DNA of 64,000 nucleotides from Bacilli bacterium (lineage in GTDB: Bacteria; Bacillota_I; Bacilli_A; RFN20; CAG-826). The stretch is from positions 179,267-243,266 of the forward strand of contig JAFSOD010000004.1 of the NCBI GenBank assembly GCA_017447165.1, read 5' to 3'. The number at the start of each line of letters is the position of its first letter. The first letter of the stretch is position 1. This document shows positions 56,120 through 64,000 of the stretch, piece after piece. Position numbers and translations under genes: made by a program. Below the pieces are notes generated by a model. That model did no database searches, was not told the DNA's origin, and saw nothing but the letters and a program-made list of their open reading frames with translations.

Positions 56120-58171
56120 ATGAAAACTGAAAATATCCGCAATGTTGTAATCCTTGGCCACCAAGGAAGTGGCAAAACCTCTTTAGTAGAATCTTTAGCC
56201 TATGTCGCTAAACTTATTCCTGCTAAAGGCGAAGTTGAAAAGAAAAACACATTATCTGATTACACCCCTGATGAACAAAAAAGAGGTGGATCAATCCAAA
56301 CCGCTGTTATTCCTTTAGAATACGAAGGTTATAAAATCAATTTAATTGATATTCCAGGTAACGATGACTTCATTTCTGAAACCATCGGAGTTACTGGTGT
56401 CGTTAAAGGGGCAGTCTTAGTCATCGACGCTTCAGTCGGTGTACAAGTTGGCACTATTAAACACTTCAATCACTTAAAGAAAAAAGGCGTTCCAACATTT
56501 ATCTTTGTTAATAAAATGGACAAGGAAGATGTCGAATTTGAATTAGTCCTAGAAGAAATTAGAGAAAAATTAGGTAAAGAAGTTATCTCCTTCTGTTACC
56601 CACTTGGTCACGATAAAGCATTTGATGGCTTTGCTAACGCTGTTGACCTAAAAGCTCATATCTATAATGGAAAAGAATGCGTTGATGCAGAAATCTATCC
56701 AGATAAGAGAGCAAAAATTTTAGAACTCCACAACACAATCGTTGAAGAAGTCGCAAAAACAAACGACGAATTATTAGAAAAATTCTTTAATGGAGAAGAA
56801 TTCTCCATGGAAGAAATTAGAGAAGCATTAAGAGTTGGCGTCTTAAAAGGCGAACTCACTCCTCTTATTGTTGGTAGCGCCACTAAAAATATTGGAGTTC
56901 AAACATTATTAAGTATGTTTATTAACTACTTGCCAAATCCTAATGACCTCAAACCACTTGAGGCTCATGATGAGGCTGGTAATGACAAAGTCGTTCCTAC
57001 TGATGTTAATCAACCATTCTCAGCTTATGTCTTTAAGACAGTAGTCGATCCATACGCTGGAACCATTAACTTATTAAAAGTTTGTTCTGGTGTCCTTAAA
57101 GTTGGAGACGAAGTCTACGTTAATGGCAGCTCTCAAAGAGTAAGTATGCTTTATAAAATGACTGGTAAAAAACTTGACGCTGTTAATGAAATTATCGCAG
57201 GCGATATCGGCGCAGTTACTAGACTAGAAAAAGTCTCTTCTGGAGATTCTTTATCTTCTCCAAAATCAGTGACTATCTATAAACCAGTTAAATATCCAAC
57301 TGCAGTTATCTTTAAGGCTATTGTATTAGCTAATAAAAACGATGAATCCAAATTAGGACCAGCACTTGCCAAAATGCAACTTGAAGATCCTGCTTTAGAA
57401 GTTAAACGTAATAATGAAACTAAACAATTATTATTAGGTGGATTAAGTGATTCTCATATCGCTTATGCCTTAGAAAAACTTAAAGGTGTTTATAAGATTG
57501 ATCTCACAACCGAAAAGATGAAGATTATTTATAGAGAATCTATAAAAGGTACTGCTGAAGGCGATGGAAGATACGTCAAACAATCTGGTGGTAGCGGATT
57601 CTATGGTGTCGTTAAAATGAGATTTGAACCAGCCGAAGAAAATGTCTTTGCTGAAGAAATCTTTGGTGGATCAGTTCCAAAGAACTACTTCCCTGCAGTT
57701 GAAAAAGGATTCTTTGAAGCCTTACAAAGCGGCTTATTAGCAGGATTCCCAGTAATCGGCGTTAAAGGTGTCTTAGTGGACGGCAAATACCATCCAGTTG
57801 ATTCTAACGAACAAGCCTTTAAGATGGCAGGTATTTTAGCCTTTAAAGATGCTTACTTAAAGTGTCGCCCAATTATTTTGGAGCCAATCATTAGAATTAA
57901 AGTTAACATTGAATCCAAATATACCGGTAACATCCTCTCTGATTTAAATACCAGAAGAGCGAGAATCCAAAATATTGAAGAAAAAGAACATGGCTATCAA
58001 GAAATTGAAGCTCTTGTCCCAGAAGCAGAGATTATTGACTATGTCACTCAACTTAAGTCCTTAACTCAAGCTAGCGGCTTCTTCAATAGAGAATTTGTTG
58101 CTTACGAAGAATTACCAGAATACTTAAAAGATAAAGTAATTCAAGAAAACGCGATTAAACAACAACAATAA
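56120..58171 (+). CDS. EF-G family translational GTPase paralog lacking the catalytic histidine
   Basis: G1 GHQGSGKTS and G4 VNKMD are present, but G3 reads DIPGNDDF instead of DTPGHxDF. EF-G domains II-V are present (683 aa). Confidence 0.75.
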   Translation: MKTENIRNVVILGHQGSGKTSLVESLAYVAKLIPAKGEVEKKNTLSDYTPDEQKRGGSIQTAVIPLEYEGYKINLIDIPGNDDFISETIGVTGVVKGAVLVIDASVGVQVGTIKHFNHLKKKGVPTFIFVNKMDKEDVEFELVLEEIREKLGKEVISFCYPLGHDKAFDGFANAVDLKAHIYNGKECVDAEIYPDKRAKILELHNTIVEEVAKTNDELLEKFFNGEEFSMEEIREALRVGVLKGELTPLIVGSATKNIGVQTLLSMFINYLPNPNDLKPLEAHDEAGNDKVVPTDVNQPFSAYVFKTVVDPYAGTINLLKVCSGVLKVGDEVYVNGSSQRVSMLYKMTGKKLDAVNEIIAGDIGAVTRLEKVSSGDSLSSPKSVTIYKPVKYPTAVIFKAIVLANKNDESKLGPALAKMQLEDPALEVKRNNETKQLLLGGLSDSHIAYALEKLKGVYKIDLTTEKMKIIYRESIKGTAEGDGRYVKQSGGSGFYGVVKMRFEPAEENVFAEEIFGGSVPKNYFPAVEKGFFEALQSGLLAGFPVIGVKGVLVDGKYHPVDSNEQAFKMAGILAFKDAYLKCRPIILEPIIRIKVNIESKYTGNILSDLNTRRARIQNIEEKEHGYQEIEALVPEAEIIDYVTQLKSLTQASGFFNREFVAYEELPEYLKDKVIQENAIKQQQ

Positions 58172-58260
58172 ATATCAAGCCAAACAAAATACCGCTTCAG
58201 ATTTGGGGTACCTTTCAACCTTTCATTCACTCGAGCGGTATTTTTTATTATTAATAATAA

Positions 58261-58761
58261 CTATTCAAATTTGAAGTGTTCTTCAAGAAGCAAATTAATA
58301 TAGTCGATTTTTAGTTCTCTATATGATTTCCAATCACTACCACATTTACGAGTTAATTCGTCTCGAAATTCATTGTATTGTCTAACTAAATGTTCGTGTT
58401 CTTTAAGTAAAGTGATAAATGCATTGTATTTATTAAAGATTTCAGAAGCATATACCATCACTTTAATGGTGACTCCATAGCCTAATACTTTTTTAGGGAC
58501 CACTAAAGTGGAACAATCATGTCCGTCTTCATAATTAATGAGTTTATATCCTTTTGATTGTAAACGAACCACAACAGCGGTTAGATCCGCTAAAGATTCT
58601 ACTGTAACTAAGATATCAACATTACGGTTACTACGTCCGTTTTTATAAGCAGTCGCACCGTAATGATTAATCGCAATCTTAAAGTTCTTCAAATAGTATT
58701 GAAGATTGTTTTTCTCTTCTTGAAAGGTTTTGCCCCAACCAGTTGGATCAAATCTTAGCAT
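58261..58761 (-). CDS. GrpB-family (nucleotidyltransferase-fold) protein
   Basis: 166 aa. The INHYGATAY...VDILVTV pattern resembles the GrpB IEHIGSTAV...DI motif. Confidence 0.4.
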   Translation of the reverse strand: MLRFDPTGWGKTFQEEKNNLQYYLKNFKIAINHYGATAYKNGRSNRNVDILVTVESLADLTAVVVRLQSKGYKLINYEDGHDCSTLVVPKKVLGYGVTIKVMVYASEIFNKYNAFITLLKEHEHLVRQYNEFRDELTRKCGSDWKSYRELKIDYINLLLEEHFKFE

Positions 58762-58763
58762 GA

Positions 58764-60047
58764 TTACGCTCCATCAATATGATTATCGCAAATATTTCCA
58801 TCATCTGCGACTTTATTAAATTTATTATTGCCACCATTTGAGCCGGAACTATAACCAACTCTTCTATTTACGTATTGGTGGAAGGTTTCCACTTCTTCTA
58901 CTGTATTAAATTTTGCCATAAAGAATCTATCACCCATAACACCCGATAATACTTTAGGGTATCTACCATGGTTGCAAATGTTGCTTTTATAGGTCCTCAT
59001 AACATCTTCATCAGAGTAGAAGTATTCAACATTATCTCTTCTAGCACCTGTTGGTAAATAGAACTTAGGTTCCATCTTTACTTCAGGGTGATTGTCCGCA
59101 ATAACTTGTCCATAGAGTTCATAACAATCAATGGAATTAGCGAAGTTATGCATATCAGGAGAATAACCTCCAGGAGAACGAACGTTAATCTCTAATCCGA
59201 CGATATCTCCAACCTTAAATAAGCCCTTTCTAGCCTTAGTAACTCTAAAGTATTCAATATGGAAAAATCTCTTCTTTAATTTAAAAGCTTTAATGGTGGT
59301 CTTACCTAATTCTGCAAACTTTTTATCTAAGAATGGATTACAGTAATAGAACATATCTCCACCCTCAATAAGGATGTCACTAATAGATGGTGGACACTCT
59401 AAAGAGGTGAAGTAAACCGCATTACTATTATTATCAGTTAACCCGTCAAAAGTCACGATGTCTCCGGTAACAAAAGTTTCGCAAATAAACTGGCAATTTT
59501 GGTCTTTTTTCTGGTAAAAAGCCTCTAATTCTTCATAATTATTAATTTTATAGCTTTCTTCAGCGCCCACTCCAATATCTGGTTTAACAAATAATGGATA
59601 TCCATATTTTTCTGCAAATTCTTTTAAAGATTCAAAATCATTTACAAGCATATAAGGAGCGACTTTCACTCCCGCTTCTTGAAAATGTTTTTTCATAAAA
59701 GACTTTCTTTGATAATCATCAAGTTCACATGAATGGAAACCAGTATCGATGGAAAATAGATCTCTTAAAATAGAGTCTTTTCTAAGCCAGTATTCATTAT
59801 TGCTTTCTAAAAAGTCGATGTGACCATATTTTCTTTCAAAATAACCTACTGCTTGCTTTTCTTCATCAAAATTATCTAAGTTAGAAACTTTGTAATATTC
59901 AGTTAAAGCATCTTTCAAAGCTGGGTTAAGTTCATCGTAAGGTTGATCTCCAACTCCAAGCACTCTAAAGCCTGCTTTTTTTAATCCAACACAAAATCTA
60001 TAGTATGTCTCTGGGAAGTTTGGAGAAATGAATACAAAATTTTTCAT
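58764..60047 (-). CDS. ATP-grasp domain protein
   Basis: 427 aa with a pre-ATP-grasp N-terminus and an ATP-grasp core. Confidence 0.55.
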   Translation of the reverse strand: MKNFVFISPNFPETYYRFCVGLKKAGFRVLGVGDQPYDELNPALKDALTEYYKVSNLDNFDEEKQAVGYFERKYGHIDFLESNNEYWLRKDSILRDLFSIDTGFHSCELDDYQRKSFMKKHFQEAGVKVAPYMLVNDFESLKEFAEKYGYPLFVKPDIGVGAEESYKINNYEELEAFYQKKDQNCQFICETFVTGDIVTFDGLTDNNSNAVYFTSLECPPSISDILIEGGDMFYYCNPFLDKKFAELGKTTIKAFKLKKRFFHIEYFRVTKARKGLFKVGDIVGLEINVRSPGGYSPDMHNFANSIDCYELYGQVIADNHPEVKMEPKFYLPTGARRDNVEYFYSDEDVMRTYKSNICNHGRYPKVLSGVMGDRFFMAKFNTVEEVETFHQYVNRRVGYSSGSNGGNNKFNKVADDGNICDNHIDGA

Positions 60048-60180
60048 GTGAATATTATATTCTTATTCGTTTATTTTGTTTAGTTTTAATAATTTTATAA
60101 ATCATTAAAGAAAATACTTACATTAAAAAATAATTAGTAATATAATACTTCCACTGACAAAGTAGTCAATTAAAAATATT

Positions 60181-60789
60181 ATGCCAAGAACAGTTGAACA
60201 AAACGAAATTATTAGAAATGAGAGAATCAGTAAAATTCTCATTGCGTCTTTATATTTATTCGCCAATAAAGGTTATGACGCTACTACTTTAGATGAGATT
60301 GCTAAGACTGCTGGATGCTCCCATGGTCTTTTATATCATTACTATAAAGATAAATATCATCTATACAATCATTTAGTAAACGAAGTAGCATTCCCAATCA
60401 TGAGAGATAGAATCATTAACGTTGACATTAATCAAAAAGCAAAATTTGTCTTAAGAGACGTAATGACTACATACATTAAAAATCTAAAGTCAAAAGATGA
60501 TAAATACTGCTGGGCTGTTAATTTATTAATTAGTGTTGAATTATCTGTTGTAGACGGTACTAAAACTATTAGAGTTTCTAAAGAAAAGAACGATAAAATC
60601 TTTCAGTGGTTCTTTAAAATCATTGAAAGAGCAAAACAAGAAGGAGATATCCCTCCTCACAAAGATTGTCGTGAATTAACTGCAATGATCATTTACATCA
60701 TGAAAGGAATGGCATATATCCGAATGAAATTAGGATATAAAAAGTTCATTAGTCCAGATGTAAGTATTATAATGGACATGGTCTTATAA
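60181..60789 (+). CDS. TetR/AcrR-family transcriptional regulator
   Basis: N-terminal HTH ATTLDEIAKTAGCSHGLLYHYY. Confidence 0.85.
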   Translation: MPRTVEQNEIIRNERISKILIASLYLFANKGYDATTLDEIAKTAGCSHGLLYHYYKDKYHLYNHLVNEVAFPIMRDRIINVDINQKAKFVLRDVMTTYIKNLKSKDDKYCWAVNLLISVELSVVDGTKTIRVSKEKNDKIFQWFFKIIERAKQEGDIPPHKDCRELTAMIIYIMKGMAYIRMKLGYKKFISPDVSIIMDMVL

Positions 60790-60790
60790 A

Positions 60791-62608
60791 ATGATTAAGA
60801 AATTTAAAAGAATTCTTCAAAGCGTCAGACAATATAAAAAATACGCAATTCTTACACCTTTATTCATGATCGGAGAAGCAGGATTAGAATGCGCAATGCC
60901 TTTCATTATGGGTATTTTTGTTGATGAAATTAAATTATTAACTTCTCCAGAAGGATTCTTCCACACTACTGATAAAGTTACATTCCCTATCTTTTATATA
61001 GCGTTAATTTTATTAGTTATGGCAATCGTTTCGCTTCTATGCGGATGGATTGGAGGTAAAACTGCCTCTATTGCTTCAGTTGGATTAGCCTGTAATTTAC
61101 GTGAAGACTTATATAAAAAGTTAAATAGTTTCTCTTTTGAGAATATCGATAAATTCTCTACTTCAAGTTTAGTTACTAGAATGACTACGGACATTAATAA
61201 TGTCCAAATGGCATTCCAAATGATGATAAGAATTGTTGTTAGAGCCCCACTTATGCTTATTTTCTCTGCAGTTATGACATTTGTTGGCGGAGGAGTAATG
61301 GGCTTCATCTTCGTTGGATTAATCCCAATCGTGGCTTTTGGATTGTTCTTAATCATCAGACACGCGATGAGAATCTTTATGCAAATCTTCAAAAGATATG
61401 ACTTCCTTAATCAATCGGTTCAAGAAAATGTTTCTGGCATTAGAGTCGTTAAATCATACGTTAGAGAAGAGTATGAGAAAGAAAAATTCACTAAAGCAAG
61501 CGACGCCATCACCACTGACTTTGTCAAAGCTGAAAAGATTGTCGCCTTAAATAACCCATTGATGAATACATCAATTCACTTGAGCAACATTTTAATTATT
61601 GGACTAGGTTCATATTTAATTTACACAACTGGTCACTTTGAATGGACCGAAAAAGGTGGAGATTATATTGGTGGAACCCTAACCTTAGGACAATTATCAG
61701 CCTTAATCACATATGGCATTCAAATCTTAATGTCATTAATGATGATTTCTATGATCATGGTAATGCTCGCTATGTCTATTGAATCTATTAAACGTATTTA
61801 TGAAGTATTAGAAGAAGAACCAACTATTGAAAATGGTGATGCTCCAATTATGGACGTTGATAATGGTGATATTATCTTTGATAAAGTTAACTTTAAATAT
61901 CGTAAAGATAGTGATAGAGAAGCTCTCACAGATATTAATTTAAATATCAAATCTGGACAATTCATTGGTATTTTAGGATCTACTGGTAGTGGTAAAACCT
62001 CAGTTATCAATTTAATCTCAAGATTATATGACGTCACTGATGGAGAAGTGAAAGTCGCAGGTCATAATGTTAAAGATTATGACTTAGAAGTACTTAGAAA
62101 TAACGTTGCTGTTGTTTTACAAAAGAATGTCTTATTTAGTGGCACGATTGAAAGTAACCTTAAATGGGGTAATTTAAACGCTAGTGAAGAAGAAATGCGT
62201 AATGCTTGTAAGATTGCCCAAGCCTTAGAAATTGTTGATGCTAAACCAGAAGGATTAAAATCCAGAGTTGAACAAGGCGGAGCCAACTTCTCTGGCGGAC
62301 AAAAACAAAGACTTTGTATCGCTAGAGCGATTTTAAAACAACCAAAGATTATGATTTTAGATGACTCTACCTCCGCAGTAGATACTAAAACCGATAGATT
62401 AATTAGAAAAGGCTTAAAAGAAGATTTACCAGAGATGACTAAAATCGTCATTGCTCAAAGAATATCTTCTATTGAAGATGCTGATCAAATCGTCATCATG
62501 GATAATGGTAGAGTTAACGCTGTTGGAACCCATGAAGAATTATTAAAGAATAACCACATCTATCAAGAAGTCTATTACACCCAAAATAGAGTAGGGGGTG
62601 ATAAATAA
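60791..62608 (+). CDS. ABC transporter ATP-binding/permease subunit (type I exporter half-transporter)
   Basis: Six-TM domain followed by NBD with Walker A GSTGSGKTS, signature FSGGQKQR, and Walker B ILDDSTSAVD. Confidence 0.9.
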   Translation: MIKKFKRILQSVRQYKKYAILTPLFMIGEAGLECAMPFIMGIFVDEIKLLTSPEGFFHTTDKVTFPIFYIALILLVMAIVSLLCGWIGGKTASIASVGLACNLREDLYKKLNSFSFENIDKFSTSSLVTRMTTDINNVQMAFQMMIRIVVRAPLMLIFSAVMTFVGGGVMGFIFVGLIPIVAFGLFLIIRHAMRIFMQIFKRYDFLNQSVQENVSGIRVVKSYVREEYEKEKFTKASDAITTDFVKAEKIVALNNPLMNTSIHLSNILIIGLGSYLIYTTGHFEWTEKGGDYIGGTLTLGQLSALITYGIQILMSLMMISMIMVMLAMSIESIKRIYEVLEEEPTIENGDAPIMDVDNGDIIFDKVNFKYRKDSDREALTDINLNIKSGQFIGILGSTGSGKTSVINLISRLYDVTDGEVKVAGHNVKDYDLEVLRNNVAVVLQKNVLFSGTIESNLKWGNLNASEEEMRNACKIAQALEIVDAKPEGLKSRVEQGGANFSGGQKQRLCIARAILKQPKIMILDDSTSAVDTKTDRLIRKGLKEDLPEMTKIVIAQRISSIEDADQIVIMDNGRVNAVGTHEELLKNNHIYQEVYYTQNRVGGDK

Positions 62609-64000
62609 TGCCACCTGTTCATATGAGAGAAAGAGGAAAAGCAAAAAAAGGTACTATGAAGAATCTTTTAAAGATGCTTTTTAAGCTCTACCCTGCTCAA
62701 TTAATCATTTCTTTAATATGCTTAGTCTTTAACGTTATCGGTAATTTATGTAGTTCAATATTTGTCGCTTTAGCTACAACCGCATTAACTGCAGCGGGTA
62801 TGTACGGCTTAAATCCTTTCGTAGATACTTATCCTGTACGTACTATCTTTGGATTTAATGTCACCACTAACGTTTCCTATTTATTAATTATTTTAGGATC
62901 TATTTATATTGTTGGTATCTTCGCTGCTTGGACATGGAATAGAACGATGGCCATTGTCACTCAAAGATTCATGAACTATTACCGTAAGGCGATGTTCTCC
63001 CATATGGAAGACTTACCAATCAAATATTTTGATACCCACGCTCACGGGGCAATAATGTCTTTATATACCAATGATATTGATACTATTAGACAATTTATCT
63101 CTCAAGCCTTACCAAGTTTAATTCAAACCGGATTAACAACAATATTTGTATTTGTCACCATGTTAACAGCATCAGTCTGGATGACTTTAGTCATCATTGG
63201 TGGCTTTATCATCATGTTATTCGTGGTAAAAATTATTGGCGGTAACGCCTCTAAATACTTCATTAAACAACAAGCCTCTTTAGCGAAAGTTGAAGGTATG
63301 ATTGAAGAATCAATCAACGGCTTAAAAGTTATTAAAGTATTCTGTCATGAAGAAAAGAGTAATGAAGAATTCATCGAATTAAATGAAGAATATAGACATA
63401 ACTCCACCCAAGCTAATATTCACGGTAATATCATGATGCCAATTATGGCTAATATTGGTAACTTCTTATATATCTTATGCGGATTAATGGGCGCCTTTAT
63501 CTTTGCCTTTGGATGGAGCAATTTATCTCTTTCTGGTTGGGCAAAATTTGAAGGAACAGAAGGAACCGCTCTATTTGCGGGTATGATTGCCTTATTCTTA
63601 ATGCAAAGTAGAATGTTCGCTAATAACGTTAACCAATTTTCTCAACAAATTACTTTTATCGTTATGGGCATGGCGGGAGCCTCTAGATGTCTCGAACTCA
63701 TGGAAGAAGAAAAGGAAAAAGACGAGGGCTACGTCTATTTATGTAACATTATTCGCCATGAAGATGGAACCTTTGAAGAGACAAGTGAACACACTCATGA
63801 CTATGCTTGGAAGTATCGTCATAAAGATGGTCAACTTGAATATAGAGAACTTAAGGGCGATATTCTTTTAGATGGTGTTGATTTCTCCTATAACGGAAAG
63901 AAATTAGTTCTTGAAGATATTCATATTTACGCGCATCCAGGTCAAAAGATTGCTTTAGTTGGCGCTACTGGTGCGGGCAAAACCACAATCACTAACTTAA
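62608..64000 (+). CDS. ABC transporter ATP-binding/permease subunit, heterodimer partner (C-terminus beyond the window)
   Basis: ATG overlaps the upstream stop (TAATG). TM domain, then the start of an NBD with GATGAGKTT at the window edge. Confidence 0.85.
   Translation, partial: MPPVHMRERGKAKKGTMKNLLKMLFKLYPAQLIISLICLVFNVIGNLCSSIFVALATTALTAAGMYGLNPFVDTYPVRTIFGFNVTTNVSYLLIILGSIYIVGIFAAWTWNRTMAIVTQRFMNYYRKAMFSHMEDLPIKYFDTHAHGAIMSLYTNDIDTIRQFISQALPSLIQTGLTTIFVFVTMLTASVWMTLVIIGGFIIMLFVVKIIGGNASKYFIKQQASLAKVEGMIEESINGLKVIKVFCHEEKSNEEFIELNEEYRHNSTQANIHGNIMMPIMANIGNFLYILCGLMGAFIFAFGWSNLSLSGWAKFEGTEGTALFAGMIALFLMQSRMFANNVNQFSQQITFIVMGMAGASRCLELMEEEKEKDEGYVYLCNIIRHEDGTFEETSEHTHDYAWKYRHKDGQLEYRELKGDILLDGVDFSYNGKKLVLEDIHIYAHPGQKIALVGATGAGKTTITNL

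Noticed and set aside
1-64000. tRNA or rRNA genes
   Set aside because: No cloverleaf-like GC-rich 75-90-nt segments or rRNA-like conserved tracts were recognised by eye in the intergenic regions. A tRNAscan run would be needed to be sure.

Overview
This window looks like a chromosomal segment from a low-GC, AGA/TTA-rich anaerobic Firmicutes (Bacillota) genome, possibly Erysipelotrichia-like. UGA is a stop codon, since prfB carries the classic CTT-TGA-C frameshift site.

Most of the window is conserved housekeeping synteny:
- rpsF-ssb-rpsR, secG, uvrB, prfB with programmed +1 frameshift, and secA.
- prfA-prmC-tsaC-rpiB.
- dnaX-ybaB-recR-tmk-holB-ricT-rsmI, and typA.

Redox and anaerobe genes are also present: rubrerythrin, an [FeFe]-hydrogenase-like protein, and a translationally coupled hypB-(965-aa Fe-S flavoprotein)-hypA operon with a second divergent hypB.

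An accessory block encodes surface lipoproteins and an extracellular nuclease, plus a hemolysin III-family (PAQR) membrane protein (hlyIII), a PIN/Phd toxin-antitoxin pair and a DUF1538 membrane protein with two P-II-like proteins.

Several other accessory genes stand out: an EF-G paralog lacking the catalytic histidine behind a leader hairpin, two ATP-grasp genes, a TetR regulator and a heterodimeric ABC exporter.

The standout region is about 3 kb between rpiB and the comFA-comFC competence operon (26.8-29.8 kb, minus strand). It is a tandem array of at least four, possibly five, cassettes. Each cassette carries a duplicated copy of the 5' 270 bp of comFA, encoding the N-terminal 4-Cys zinc-finger domain and ending at the Walker-A codon position. 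Each also has a conserved 35-bp junction with an RBS and a small, very basic ORF from one of two alternating families.

The two intact zinc-finger-only copies differ from comFA mostly at synonymous sites, which argues they are selected protein-coding genes rather than debris. Two cassettes end in an 80-nt structured element with compensatory base changes. The full-length comFA has its canonical ATG mutated to ATA.

I could not match this architecture to a described system. It could be iterative Campbell-type integration of mini-circles that use comFA as an attachment site, or a family of ComFA zinc-finger decoy/modulator modules.
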